DNA of 64,000 nucleotides from positions 158,127 to 222,126 of the forward strand of contig CAZVZU010000003.1 in assembly GCA_964631685.1 (NCBI GenBank), given 5' to 3'. The position numbers were made by a program, and so were the translations under genes. Of this stretch, positions 50,897-60,102 are shown one piece after another. This DNA is from an uncultured Actinomycetes bacterium. GTDB lineage: Bacteria; SZUA-79; Acidulodesulfobacterales; Acidulodesulfobacteraceae. The notes under the pieces are model-generated. The model was not told the DNA's origin, ran no database searches, and was given only the letters and a program-made list of their open reading frames with translations. The first letter of the stretch is position 1. Each line of letters begins with the position of its first letter.

Positions 50897-51619
50897 ATGA
50901 TACATAAGGCAGGCAAAGAAATTTACGAAAAAAGTATGCTCGTGATAGATTCATTATTAAAAGAAAATATTCATTTTAATAATGTTTATTCCGAAGCCGA
51001 AAAGACGGTTATTAAAAGGGTTGTTCATGCTACAAGTGATGTCGGTTATGCGGAGTCCATCTATTTCACAAATAACTCGGTTCAAAAAACCGTAAGTCTC
51101 ATTAAGGGAAAAATAAAAAAAGGAGAACTGTTAAAAATTGTGTGCGACTCCGGGATGACGAAGGCTGGTGTGAGCAAGAATGTTAATAAAAAAGTCATAC
51201 TTGACGTGCATTGCTATATAGGTTTAGGCTACGATATTTTGTTGAAAAAATGGGAAGGCTTAATACATAAGTATGACTTTTTAAGTGGCTTGGAAGAAAA
51301 TACTAATAATTTTAGGATAACGAAGTCTGCTTTTTCCATAAGGTTAGCAATTATAGAAAAATTGCCTGATATAATTGCGATAGGAAATGCTCCGACGGCA
51401 CTTACTGAGGCTATGAGTATGTGCAAATATCTTCAAAGTTTTATCAATTACGCCCCCCCCGTGATAGTCGCCATGCCCGTGGGTTTTATAGGTGCTTCAG
51501 AGTCTAAAAAACTGCTTTACGATGATGATTTTTATTCTGCAATTGGCAATTTCGGTAATTTTGGAGGAAGTTCTTCTTCTGCTTCCGCACTAAATGCTCT
51601 TTTGTTAGAGAGTCTATGA
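50897..51619 (+). CDS. cbiC: Precorrin-8X methylmutase
   Basis: RVVHATSD, IGNAPTAL, MPVGFIGASESK, GGSS.ASALNAL. Confidence 0.85.
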   Translation: MIHKAGKEIYEKSMLVIDSLLKENIHFNNVYSEAEKTVIKRVVHATSDVGYAESIYFTNNSVQKTVSLIKGKIKKGELLKIVCDSGMTKAGVSKNVNKKVILDVHCYIGLGYDILLKKWEGLIHKYDFLSGLEENTNNFRITKSAFSIRLAIIEKLPDIIAIGNAPTALTEAMSMCKYLQSFINYAPPVIVAMPVGFIGASESKKLLYDDDFYSAIGNFGNFGGSSSSASALNALLLESL

Positions 51620-52212
51620 AAAAAAATATTTATCTGCTGGCAATTTTATTTATAGTTTGTTTAATTAATTTTGCCGGTATTAAGTTTGTAAGAGCCGATA
51701 TATATATGCGTGTCGGCAAAAATGGAACAATCTATTTTTCCAATGTTCCGGCTTCAGGTAATTATAGGCTATACATGAGGACTAATCACCACCCGAATAG
51801 CTCAAAGTTGCCAAGTGGTGTTTTATACAAAAAGATAATACTAAGAGCATCTAATAAATACGGGGTCAATCCTAAATTAATAGAAGCCGTTATAAAAGAG
51901 GAATCGGGGTTTAATAAAGATGCAGTGTCCAATAAGGGCGCCCAGGGATTAATGCAGTTAATGCCGCAAACTCAAAGGCAACTTGATATTTCCAGACCAT
52001 TTAATCCCGTTCAAAATATCTACGGTGGAACAAGATACTTAAAAAGCCTTATCACTAAGTACGATGGCGATATACCCTTGGCTCTCGCCGCGTATAATGC
52101 GGGGACCCAAGCTGTTAAAAAATACGGTGGCATACCCCCTTACAAGGAAACCGGTAATTATGTTAACGAAATAATGAACTCTTACGAGGAAAATAGTAAA
52201 AATGCAAAATAA
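51616..52212 (+). CDS. Lytic transglycosylase (SLT domain) with signal peptide
   Basis: AVIKEES.FN..AVS.KGAQGLMQLMP, ALAAYNAG, ETGNYV. Confidence 0.92.
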   Translation: MKKNIYLLAILFIVCLINFAGIKFVRADIYMRVGKNGTIYFSNVPASGNYRLYMRTNHHPNSSKLPSGVLYKKIILRASNKYGVNPKLIEAVIKEESGFNKDAVSNKGAQGLMQLMPQTQRQLDISRPFNPVQNIYGGTRYLKSLITKYDGDIPLALAAYNAGTQAVKKYGGIPPYKETGNYVNEIMNSYEENSKNAK

Positions 52213-52756
52213 AAAACAAATATACAATGTACCGAATATCCTTACAATGTCGAGGATTTTGATTATACCTGTAATATTCGCATTGTTGCTTTTTAAAAAA
52301 GAAATATACGGTGTATATGCCTCAGTTTTTTTTGTGTTGGCTACGTTCACGGATTTTATAGATGGGTACATCGCAAGGAAGAAAAAATTAGTGACAAATT
52401 TGGGTATTTTTTTAGATCCTCTTGCGGATAAACTACTTGTTATAACAATCCTTGTAATGCTTATTCCTTTAAACAGAATTCCGGCTTGGATAGTTGCAAT
52501 AATTATATTTAGAGAAATTTTTGTTATGGGATTAAGACTGGTTGCAAGTGAAAAGGGGATTGTTATTTCTGCCGGAAATGCTGGAAAATGGAAAACTGCA
52601 TTTCAAATGTTCGGTATATTTTTCTTATTGGTTTATTATGAGCATTTTCATATAAATTTCGGGATCATAGGGCTTGTGCTTATTTATATCAGTATCGTAT
52701 TTTCCATCATATCTTCTTATGAATATTTCAAAAGTGTGTCGAACATATTTTTTTAG
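52202..52756 (+). CDS. pgsA: CDP-diacylglycerol--glycerol-3-phosphate 3-phosphatidyltransferase
   Basis: NVPNILTMSR, TDFIDGYIAR, G.FLDPLADK, GKWKT..Q. Confidence 0.95.
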   Translation: MQNKKQIYNVPNILTMSRILIIPVIFALLLFKKEIYGVYASVFFVLATFTDFIDGYIARKKKLVTNLGIFLDPLADKLLVITILVMLIPLNRIPAWIVAIIIFREIFVMGLRLVASEKGIVISAGNAGKWKTAFQMFGIFFLLVYYEHFHINFGIIGLVLIYISIVFSIISSYEYFKSVSNIFF

Positions 52757-52766
52757 GAAATCATGG

Positions 52767-53636
52767 TTACTTATAAAATTTTTTATTTTCCAGATTTGTT
52801 TTGGATTCATCTAATAATAGGTTATAATTTTTGTAATGGTTTTTTATATTAAATTCCGAAATTCCAAACATTAAAATAGGTTTTGCATTACTCGGGAATT
52901 TTATAACCGACTCAACCCCCTTCTGTAATTTGTCAAATTTACTGTTTGCGTTTTTATAATTTGTATAAGGCATAATGCATACAAAATTGTTAAAATCGTT
53001 TCTGAAAAAGATATCTGTTTTTCTAAATTTTTGCTTGAAATAAATACCATAAAATTTGAGCAGTTGATTTAATTTATCTTCACCGAGTGATTGTCCGAAA
53101 AAGGCCAGATCTTCAAAGTAAAATGTTGCAATAGCAAGGGGAGAAGCATGTCTCATGGCAATGTCAGATTCTTTCGCCAATATATCATTAAGCTGATTTT
53201 TTAAAAAAAAGCCGGTTATTTCGTCATAGGCCTTATTTTTTGAATCAATTTTATTATTGAGTAAATATTTGGCGAGCAGGGTGAAATCGTGAAAAATAAA
53301 AATGGTGCCGTAAAATAGCCCAAATTTATCCAAAAGCGTTTCACTTTCAACATGGTAAAATTTTTCGTTTATTTTTTTTTCAATAGAAATTAACCCGAGT
53401 TCGTTTATTTTAACTATGTCTGCGGGTAATTTATCGCTATATGAATCAAGTATCTCAGATTCGGACAGCCTTGAGAGAGTTTTTGCCGCATCGTTCATGA
53501 ACAATATATTTCCCTTTACCCCTTTGATTGCGACAGGCCGATTGTAAGATGAAAAGGTTCTTAGGCAATCTATATCGCTTAACGAATTTATTTCCATGGT
53601 TAGTTTTATTAATATTTGTGTGTAAGTTAAAACCAC
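52767..53636 (-). CDS. PAS-like plus degenerate GGDEF domain protein
   Basis: G.ILFMNDAA and IFHDFT (PAS-like); DEITGF; DIFFRNDFNNFVCIMP in place of the RxGGDEF motif. Confidence 0.65.
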   Translation of the reverse strand: MVLTYTQILIKLTMEINSLSDIDCLRTFSSYNRPVAIKGVKGNILFMNDAAKTLSRLSESEILDSYSDKLPADIVKINELGLISIEKKINEKFYHVESETLLDKFGLFYGTIFIFHDFTLLAKYLLNNKIDSKNKAYDEITGFFLKNQLNDILAKESDIAMRHASPLAIATFYFEDLAFFGQSLGEDKLNQLLKFYGIYFKQKFRKTDIFFRNDFNNFVCIMPYTNYKNANSKFDKLQKGVESVIKFPSNAKPILMFGISEFNIKNHYKNYNLLLDESKTNLENKKFYK

Positions 53637-53716
53637 CCATTTTAAAATTGAATTTTTTCTTAATATATTCTATACTACACGCAGGTTATAATCAAAACAA
53701 AAAATAAAAAAAATAT

Positions 53717-55042
53717 ATGAATAAAGAGAATGCATTCTTTTGGGGCTGCACAATACAAGCAAAGTTTCCTTTTATGGAAAAGGCGACCCGTTTGGTATTG
53801 GATAAATTAAATATAAAATATAGAGATATTGATTCTTTTACATGTTGTCCTGAAAAATCTTTGGTAAAAAATATAGATGAAGCGCTTTTTGATTTAACGG
53901 GCATTAGAAACATTGCTCTTGCTGAGCGTGAAAATGTGGATATAATGTCTGTTTGTACGGGTTGCTATTCAAATCTCAAGCAAATTAGAGCAAAGGTTGT
54001 TTCCGATCTTCAATATCAAAAAAAAATAAATAAGATTCTCGAACGCGTCGGGCTTAGTTTCTCGGGAAGTTCTTCTATTTACCATTTTATTGAATATCTC
54101 TATGACGAGGTTGGGTTAGATAAAATCAAGATTAATGTGAAATATCCGTTAAGGGGCATTAATGTTGCGATACATTACGGTTGTCATTTGGTGAGGCCGT
54201 CACATGCAATCGGATTTGATTCTCCCTTTGACCCTTTCAAATACGACGCTATAATTAAAGCACTTGGAGCCAATGTTGTAAATTATAAGAATAAAATGAT
54301 GTGTTGCGGGCAAGCGCTAGATAGAGTTGATGAACACGATAAGGCGCTTGTTATGTCAAAGATAAAGTTGGATTCGGTTAAGGAAAGTAATGCTGATTTG
54401 GTTACCACAACGTGTCCTTCTTGCTTTACGCAATTTGACACGAATCAATTTATGCTCTCCAAAAAGGGATTGGTACATCAAACGCCGGTTGTTACGCTAG
54501 AAGAGCTTATGTGTCTAGCTTTCGGCATAGAGGGAACAGAGGGACTTATAGGGCAGCACAAAATCAAATCTAAGAAATTTCTTGAGAAGTTCAATAAGGC
54601 AAAGGTTTTTATTGATCATTCTATTATGTTCGATAATGAATCTCTGGTTAGATGTTATAATTGCCAAGCGTGCAGAAACGATTGCCCTATGAGCCTTTCT
54701 TTCGAATCTTACGATCCGTCACTGATTATTAAAATGATTCTAGACAACGACGTCCAAAGGGCGATGTCATCTAAGATAGTATGGGAGTGCCTTGAGTGTC
54801 ACACATGTTCAGAGCTGTGCCCTCAAAATTACAGTTGGGAGACAGTTCTTACCGTGCTGAAAAATCTTGCCATAAAGAACGAAGTTGGTCCTCAGACCGT
54901 CAAAAAGGCGGAGGATCTTTTTTTCAAAACGTTAAGATTAGGAGACCCTAGGGAAGGGATGAGAAAAAAATTAGGCCTTCCTCCGGTAAAAAAGGTCGTG
55001 GCTGCTGATTTCAAGAAGTTGATAGATGAAGATATATTGTAA
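53717..55042 (+). CDS. Heterodisulfide reductase B (two CCG domains) fused to a C-terminal HdrC-like 2x[4Fe-4S] domain
   Basis: FWGC..CCP..CTGC, HYGCH..CCG..CPSC; then CYNCQACRNDCP and WECLECHTCSELCP. Confidence 0.85.
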   Translation: MNKENAFFWGCTIQAKFPFMEKATRLVLDKLNIKYRDIDSFTCCPEKSLVKNIDEALFDLTGIRNIALAERENVDIMSVCTGCYSNLKQIRAKVVSDLQYQKKINKILERVGLSFSGSSSIYHFIEYLYDEVGLDKIKINVKYPLRGINVAIHYGCHLVRPSHAIGFDSPFDPFKYDAIIKALGANVVNYKNKMMCCGQALDRVDEHDKALVMSKIKLDSVKESNADLVTTTCPSCFTQFDTNQFMLSKKGLVHQTPVVTLEELMCLAFGIEGTEGLIGQHKIKSKKFLEKFNKAKVFIDHSIMFDNESLVRCYNCQACRNDCPMSLSFESYDPSLIIKMILDNDVQRAMSSKIVWECLECHTCSELCPQNYSWETVLTVLKNLAIKNEVGPQTVKKAEDLFFKTLRLGDPREGMRKKLGLPPVKKVVAADFKKLIDEDIL

Positions 55043-55160
55043 AAATAAATATTTGTTAAAAAAATTTCTATATGTTACTATTTAATTGGTTTGTTGCGGG
55101 TAGCGTGAGCTAATTCGAAGGGGGCAAGCCTATAACAAGAAAAGACTGAGGGATACAAGA

Positions 55161-56294
55161 GTGTTAAAGGTAAAAAATACATTTAGCGTTGAAAGGGATA
55201 TTTCCGGGTGCGGTTTATGCGGCATAATCAATGCTAAAAAGGTCAGAACTACAGGTAGCGACATTAAAAAGGCTATAGCTATTGAACATGATAGAGGCAA
55301 CGGGTTGGGCGGTGGTTTTGCTGTTTATGGTAATTATCCTGATTATGCAGAGCTGTACGCATTTCATATAATGTATGATAATTTATCCGCAAAAAGTAGC
55401 GTCGAAGAATACCTCAAGAGTAATTTTATAATAGAGAAGGAAGAGCCTATACCGACGTCGAAAACCTCTAAAATTAATGATCATCCTTATCTATACCGTT
55501 ATTTTATAAAACCGAGAACAGACAGGCAAGATAAATTATTTCACGACCTTGGCGACGATGATTTTGTCGTTAGGACAGTTATGCTAATTAATGAAGATTA
55601 TGACGGCGCTTATGTTTTTTCAAGTGGGAAAAATATGGGAGCGTTCAAAGGTGTCGGATATCCCGAGGACATAGCCGATTTTTACAAGTTAGATGAAGTA
55701 GAGGGTTATATGTGGACGGCACATAACCGCTTTCCTACTAACACACCAGGTTGGTGGGGTGGAGCGCACCCGTTTACCTTGCTTGACTGGTCTATTGTGC
55801 ATAATGGTGAAATATCGTCTTATGGTATTAACAAGAGATATCTCGAGATGTATAAATATAAACTTTCGTTGAGGACGGACACGGAGGTTATAGCCTATAT
55901 TTTGGACCTTCTAATCAGAAAACATGGTCTTTCAATCGAGCTTGCAACTCTAGTGTTGGCGGCGCCTTTTTACCGCGATATTGACGAAATGAGTAGTGAA
56001 AGAAAAGAATTATTGACTGCTCTCAGGCAGATATATGGCAGTGCCTTATTAAACGGTCCATTTGCTATCGTGTTCGGTCATTCCGGCGGCATGGTTGCAA
56101 TGAATGATAGGATCAAGTTAAGACCGCTAGTATCTGCTGTAATGGGGGATTTTACCTATGTAGCATCAGAGGAGGCAGCTATAAGGGTGGTTTGTCCTAA
56201 TCCTGATAGGGTCTGGTCTCCTGACGCAGGGGGGGCCATTATAGTCAAGTTTGAAACAGAAACGCCTCAGGAAAAGGGGGTCATTGGCTTATGA
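55161..56294 (+). CDS. Glutamate synthase amidotransferase subunit (class II GATase, GltB domain 1)
   Basis: SGCGLCG, DRGNGLGGG, HNRFPTNT..AHPF, HNGEI, TDTE, DRIKLRP, ASEE. Confidence 0.88.
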   Translation: MLKVKNTFSVERDISGCGLCGIINAKKVRTTGSDIKKAIAIEHDRGNGLGGGFAVYGNYPDYAELYAFHIMYDNLSAKSSVEEYLKSNFIIEKEEPIPTSKTSKINDHPYLYRYFIKPRTDRQDKLFHDLGDDDFVVRTVMLINEDYDGAYVFSSGKNMGAFKGVGYPEDIADFYKLDEVEGYMWTAHNRFPTNTPGWWGGAHPFTLLDWSIVHNGEISSYGINKRYLEMYKYKLSLRTDTEVIAYILDLLIRKHGLSIELATLVLAAPFYRDIDEMSSERKELLTALRQIYGSALLNGPFAIVFGHSGGMVAMNDRIKLRPLVSAVMGDFTYVASEEAAIRVVCPNPDRVWSPDAGGAIIVKFETETPQEKGVIGL

Positions 56295-57811
56295 TAAAGT
56301 CCTCTTTTTCAAATATGCAATCAGAGTATCTTGCGCTGATAGACCATACAAAGTGCGTAAGGTGTAAAAGATGTATTCAGAATTGCGGGTGGGGAACATA
56401 TAGTTTTGGTGGTGATAAGATTATTGCCGATCACTCCAAATGTGTAGCCTGTGGCAGATGTTACGTATATTGTCCAGAGGGTGCTATTTCCGTTATTAAA
56501 AATCCTACGGTTATTAGAGAAAACAATAATTGGAAAGAGAGTAATATTAAAAATATATGGAGACAGTCTGAAACTGGCGGCATTGTCATTTCCGGAATGG
56601 GTACAACCTTTAAGCATAAAAAATATTTTGATCATATACTTCTGGATGCGTGTCAGGTTACTAATCCGTCAATAGATCCGTTACGCGAACCGATGGAACT
56701 CAAAACTTATCTTGGCAAAAAACCATCTAAAATAGATATTGATTTCAATGAGGATGGCGAACCTATCTTAAAAACAGTGATGCCTCCGCAAATTGAGTTG
56801 CAAACCCCATTTGTTTTCGGTGCAATGTCGTATGGTTCTATTTCATTAAATGCACAAAAGGCTATGGCTTTAGCGGCTAGGGCACTAGGGATAGTTATGA
56901 ATACTGGTGAGGGTGGCTTACATGACGATTTAGTTCCATTTGGCAAAAATATTATTGTTCAAGTAGCCTCCGGAAGGTTCGGTGTTCACAGAGATTATTT
57001 AAATAGCGGTGTGGCTGTTGAAATAAAAATAGGACAGGGTGCCAAGCCCGGGATAGGGGGGCATTTGCCTGGTGAAAAAATAGGATTAGAGATATCAAGA
57101 ACAAGAATGATTCCAGTAGGGACAGATGCTATTTCACCTGCTCCTCATCATGATATTTATTCCATTGAAGATTTAAGGCAACTTATTTTTGCGATAAAAG
57201 AAGCTGTAGATTATAAGAAACCGATTTCTGTTAAGGTAGCCGCCGTTCATAATATTGCCGCTATAGTTAGCGGGGTAGTTAGGGCAGGAGCGGATATAGT
57301 ATACATCGATGGATATTCAGGTGGTACTGGAGCGGCCCCGAATATAATTAGAGATAATGTAGGAATTCCTATAGAGCTTGCGCTTGCCCAGGTTGACGAA
57401 AGGCTCAGGGAAGAAGGAATCAGAAATGAAGCCTCTATTATTGCCGCCGGCAGCATACGATCAAGCGCAGACGCCGTGAAGGCAATTGCTCTTGGCGCTG
57501 ATGCCGTTGCGATTGGAACGGCAGTCCTTATTGCAATGGGTTGTCACGTATGCGGAAAATGTAATACGGGTAACTGTAGTTGGGGGATAACCACACAAAG
57601 ACCGGAGCTTGTCAGGCGCTTAGACCCTGAGGTTTATGGTGAAAGATTGTATAATCTTATCTCTGCATGGAGCCATGAAATTCAAGAGGTTTTAGGGGCA
57701 ATGGGTGTCAATTCCATAGAAAGCCTAAGGGGTTCAAGGGAAAGGTTGAGAGGTGTTGAATTAACAGATGTGGAGTTAAAAGTGTTGGGAATAAAACATG
57801 CAGGGTTATAG
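56291..57811 (+). CDS. Glutamate synthase FMN-binding subunit with N-terminal 2x[4Fe-4S] (archaeal-type GltB)
   Basis: CVRCKRC, CVACGRC..CP, MSYGS, NTGEGG, QVASGRFG, EIKIGQGAKPGIGGHLPG, C..C..C..G.C. Confidence 0.92.
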   Translation: MIKSSFSNMQSEYLALIDHTKCVRCKRCIQNCGWGTYSFGGDKIIADHSKCVACGRCYVYCPEGAISVIKNPTVIRENNNWKESNIKNIWRQSETGGIVISGMGTTFKHKKYFDHILLDACQVTNPSIDPLREPMELKTYLGKKPSKIDIDFNEDGEPILKTVMPPQIELQTPFVFGAMSYGSISLNAQKAMALAARALGIVMNTGEGGLHDDLVPFGKNIIVQVASGRFGVHRDYLNSGVAVEIKIGQGAKPGIGGHLPGEKIGLEISRTRMIPVGTDAISPAPHHDIYSIEDLRQLIFAIKEAVDYKKPISVKVAAVHNIAAIVSGVVRAGADIVYIDGYSGGTGAAPNIIRDNVGIPIELALAQVDERLREEGIRNEASIIAAGSIRSSADAVKAIALGADAVAIGTAVLIAMGCHVCGKCNTGNCSWGITTQRPELVRRLDPEVYGERLYNLISAWSHEIQEVLGAMGVNSIESLRGSRERLRGVELTDVELKVLGIKHAGL

Positions 57812-57838
57812 ACATGTGACGGCATTAGGTCGCGACGA

Positions 57839-58633
57839 ATGGCTAAAAAGAGATTTAAACAAAAGATAAAAGGAGAGTTAGATAGAAATATGATAACGAT
57901 AGATGCGAACGGAATGCATTATAGGGATCTTAATAAACTGATCAGAGAAAGCGTGGCGAAAGGGGTCAAAAAGTTTTTTCTTGAGAATGTAAACGGGCAA
58001 TATTATATAGGGGACGGCATTAAAGGTGACGATATAATTATTAATATAAACGGCGTTCCGGGCAATGATCTCGGTGTCTTTATGGATGGTCCGACTATAA
58101 TAGTGAATGGTAATGTGCAAGATAATATTGGCAATACGATGAATGCCGGTAAAATTTTAATAAAAGGCGATGCAGGGGATGTAGTTGGGTACGGCATGAG
58201 AGGCGGTAGGATTTATATCTTGGGAAATGCGGGATATAGGATTGGAATACATATGAAGGGATATGACGAGCAGTTGCCAATTATAATTATCGGCGGAAAG
58301 GTAGGTAGTTTTTTTGCTGAATACATGGCAGGAGGCGTAATCGTTTTGTTAGGATTAAATAATACAGACGATGCGTGTGCATATGGTGATTATTTTGCTA
58401 CGGGTATGCATGGAGGGGTTATATATCTGCGTAAAAAAATAGATTTCTCAAAATATTCAAAAGAGGTGGAGTTGTGTGAAGCAGACGACAACGATATGGC
58501 TTTTTTAAAACGGTATTTATTGGAGTATACGGATGATTTTAATATTTCTTATGACGATATCACGAGTGAGCCCTTTTATAAGGTTGTCCCCTCAAGCGCT
58601 CGGCCGTATGCTCATCTTTACACATCGGCATAG
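57839..58633 (+). CDS. Glutamate synthase GXGXG subunit (GltB domain 3/FwdC-like)
   Basis: Repeated G-x-x-G beta-helix motifs, GYGMRGG, AEYMAGG, TGMHGG. Confidence 0.88.
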   Translation: MAKKRFKQKIKGELDRNMITIDANGMHYRDLNKLIRESVAKGVKKFFLENVNGQYYIGDGIKGDDIIININGVPGNDLGVFMDGPTIIVNGNVQDNIGNTMNAGKILIKGDAGDVVGYGMRGGRIYILGNAGYRIGIHMKGYDEQLPIIIIGGKVGSFFAEYMAGGVIVLLGLNNTDDACAYGDYFATGMHGGVIYLRKKIDFSKYSKEVELCEADDNDMAFLKRYLLEYTDDFNISYDDITSEPFYKVVPSSARPYAHLYTSA

Positions 58634-58696
58634 TCCGTTGTGTATTTTAAATAGTTATTTAAACTTATGAACGAATTATTTATAGGATTCAGAAAA

Positions 58697-58921
58697 ATGG
58701 ATATTAATAATCTTAATGCAATTGAAGAAAAAGTTATTTTAATTAAGGAATCATTTGAAAAAATAAAAATTGAACGGGACAGGCTTTTAGTAGAGCTTAA
58801 GGCTAAAGATGACGAGATTAATGAACTAAAAAATAAGATTGTCCGAGATGAAACAGAAAATGATACAATAGTGAAAAAGGTCGATGACATAATGACAAAT
58901 TTGGAATCAATAGAGCTATGA
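58697..58921 (+). CDS. Short coiled-coil protein, ZapB-like
   Basis: Heptad pattern; IEEKV and KVDDIM..LE; directly upstream of zapA. Confidence 0.6.
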   Translation: MDINNLNAIEEKVILIKESFEKIKIERDRLLVELKAKDDEINELKNKIVRDETENDTIVKKVDDIMTNLESIEL

Positions 58922-59217
58922 GTGAAGATGAATCGCAGTGCAATTCATTGGTAGAACTTTCTATAATGAACCATAAGTTTGTTATAAATAGCGATAAAGA
59001 CAGAAAGTATTTAGAGCAGTTGGCTGCCTACGTGAATGCAAAGGCAGACCAGGTTGTGAGGCGGACTAAATCGGTTGACTCGTTTAATGTTGCAGTTTTG
59101 ACCGCGCTTAACATAGCCGACGATTTTATGTCCAGTGAGACTAGGATTAGTAGCGAAAGTAAAAGAGTTTTAGATAAAGTTAGCAATATACATAACTATA
59201 TAACCAGTTCTCTTTAG
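58918..59217 (+). CDS. zapA: Cell division protein ZapA
   Basis: YLEQLAAYVN, AVLTALNIADD motif. Confidence 0.88.
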   Translation: MSEDESQCNSLVELSIMNHKFVINSDKDRKYLEQLAAYVNAKADQVVRRTKSVDSFNVAVLTALNIADDFMSSETRISSESKRVLDKVSNIHNYITSSL

Positions 59218-59244
59218 ACTAGGTTGTAATTCTGTGTTATGAGA

Positions 59245-59424
59245 TGCCCTGCGGTGTTTGATGTTAGGTTTTTGAAATTGACCCAACAGTTGGATAGAAT
59301 GGGATTGTCACTGCTTTTTTGATACAGAAACTTAGGTAACTTTGATTCTTGATTCATTAGGTATACGATTACCACCTATTTTAAAATAGGTCTAATTTTG
59401 GGACCGCTTCGGCACATGCGGGGT
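59245..59424 (+). ncRNA. ssrS: 6S RNA
   Basis: About 180-nt intergenic element with complementary ends (CCCTGCGGTG ... CACATGCGGGG) in the conserved zapA-ssrS-ygfA-rny position; boundaries approximate. Confidence 0.8.
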
Positions 59425-59511
59425 TTTTTTATATCATCCTCTTTATGAATATCCTTTTATAATTTATTTAAATTTATTGATTCATAAATATTATTTCTAT
59501 AAGAATAAAAT

Positions 59512-60081
59512 ATGATTAGAAAAAGTATTGCAAGAGAAAAAGTTATTGAAAAACGCATTAATTTAAGCCCAGACGATGTTCACCGCCTAAGCTTAAATAT
59601 TACCGCTAGTGCTTACTCTTTCGTGCAAAATAATTCTTTTAAGAGTGTGGCGATTTATATGAGCATAAAAAATGAAGTAAAAATGGAATATATCATTAGA
59701 TTAGATACGAATAAAGATATTGACTTTTATCTTCCTCAATATTCTAAAGGAAAATATATTTGTTTCAATAAATTCGAAAGTATTGGTACAATGAAAAAAG
59801 ATGACTATGGTATACCGTGTCAAAAAGACGGTCGTTCTATAGACATAGATGCAGTTGATGTTTTTTTTGTACCGGGGGTTGCATTTGATATGCTCGGAAA
59901 CAGAGTAGGTTACGGAAAGGGGTGTTATGATTTAGCGCTTAACCAAGCGCTAAATTCTTTATTTATCGGCGTTTGTTACAATTTTCAATTAATGTTTGAT
60001 GATGAATTGGATTGCAACGACAATGATGTAAGAATGCATTACCTGCTCACGGAGAACGGTTTTATTAAGGTAAAAAATTGA
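59512..60081 (+). CDS. ygfA: 5-formyltetrahydrofolate cyclo-ligase
   Basis: NEV, VPGVAFD..GNRVGYGKGCYD, DVRMHYLLTE. Confidence 0.92.
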   Translation: MIRKSIAREKVIEKRINLSPDDVHRLSLNITASAYSFVQNNSFKSVAIYMSIKNEVKMEYIIRLDTNKDIDFYLPQYSKGKYICFNKFESIGTMKKDDYGIPCQKDGRSIDIDAVDVFFVPGVAFDMLGNRVGYGKGCYDLALNQALNSLFIGVCYNFQLMFDDELDCNDNDVRMHYLLTENGFIKVKN

Positions 60082-60102
60082 TAATCATAGGGAGATAAAA
60101 TA

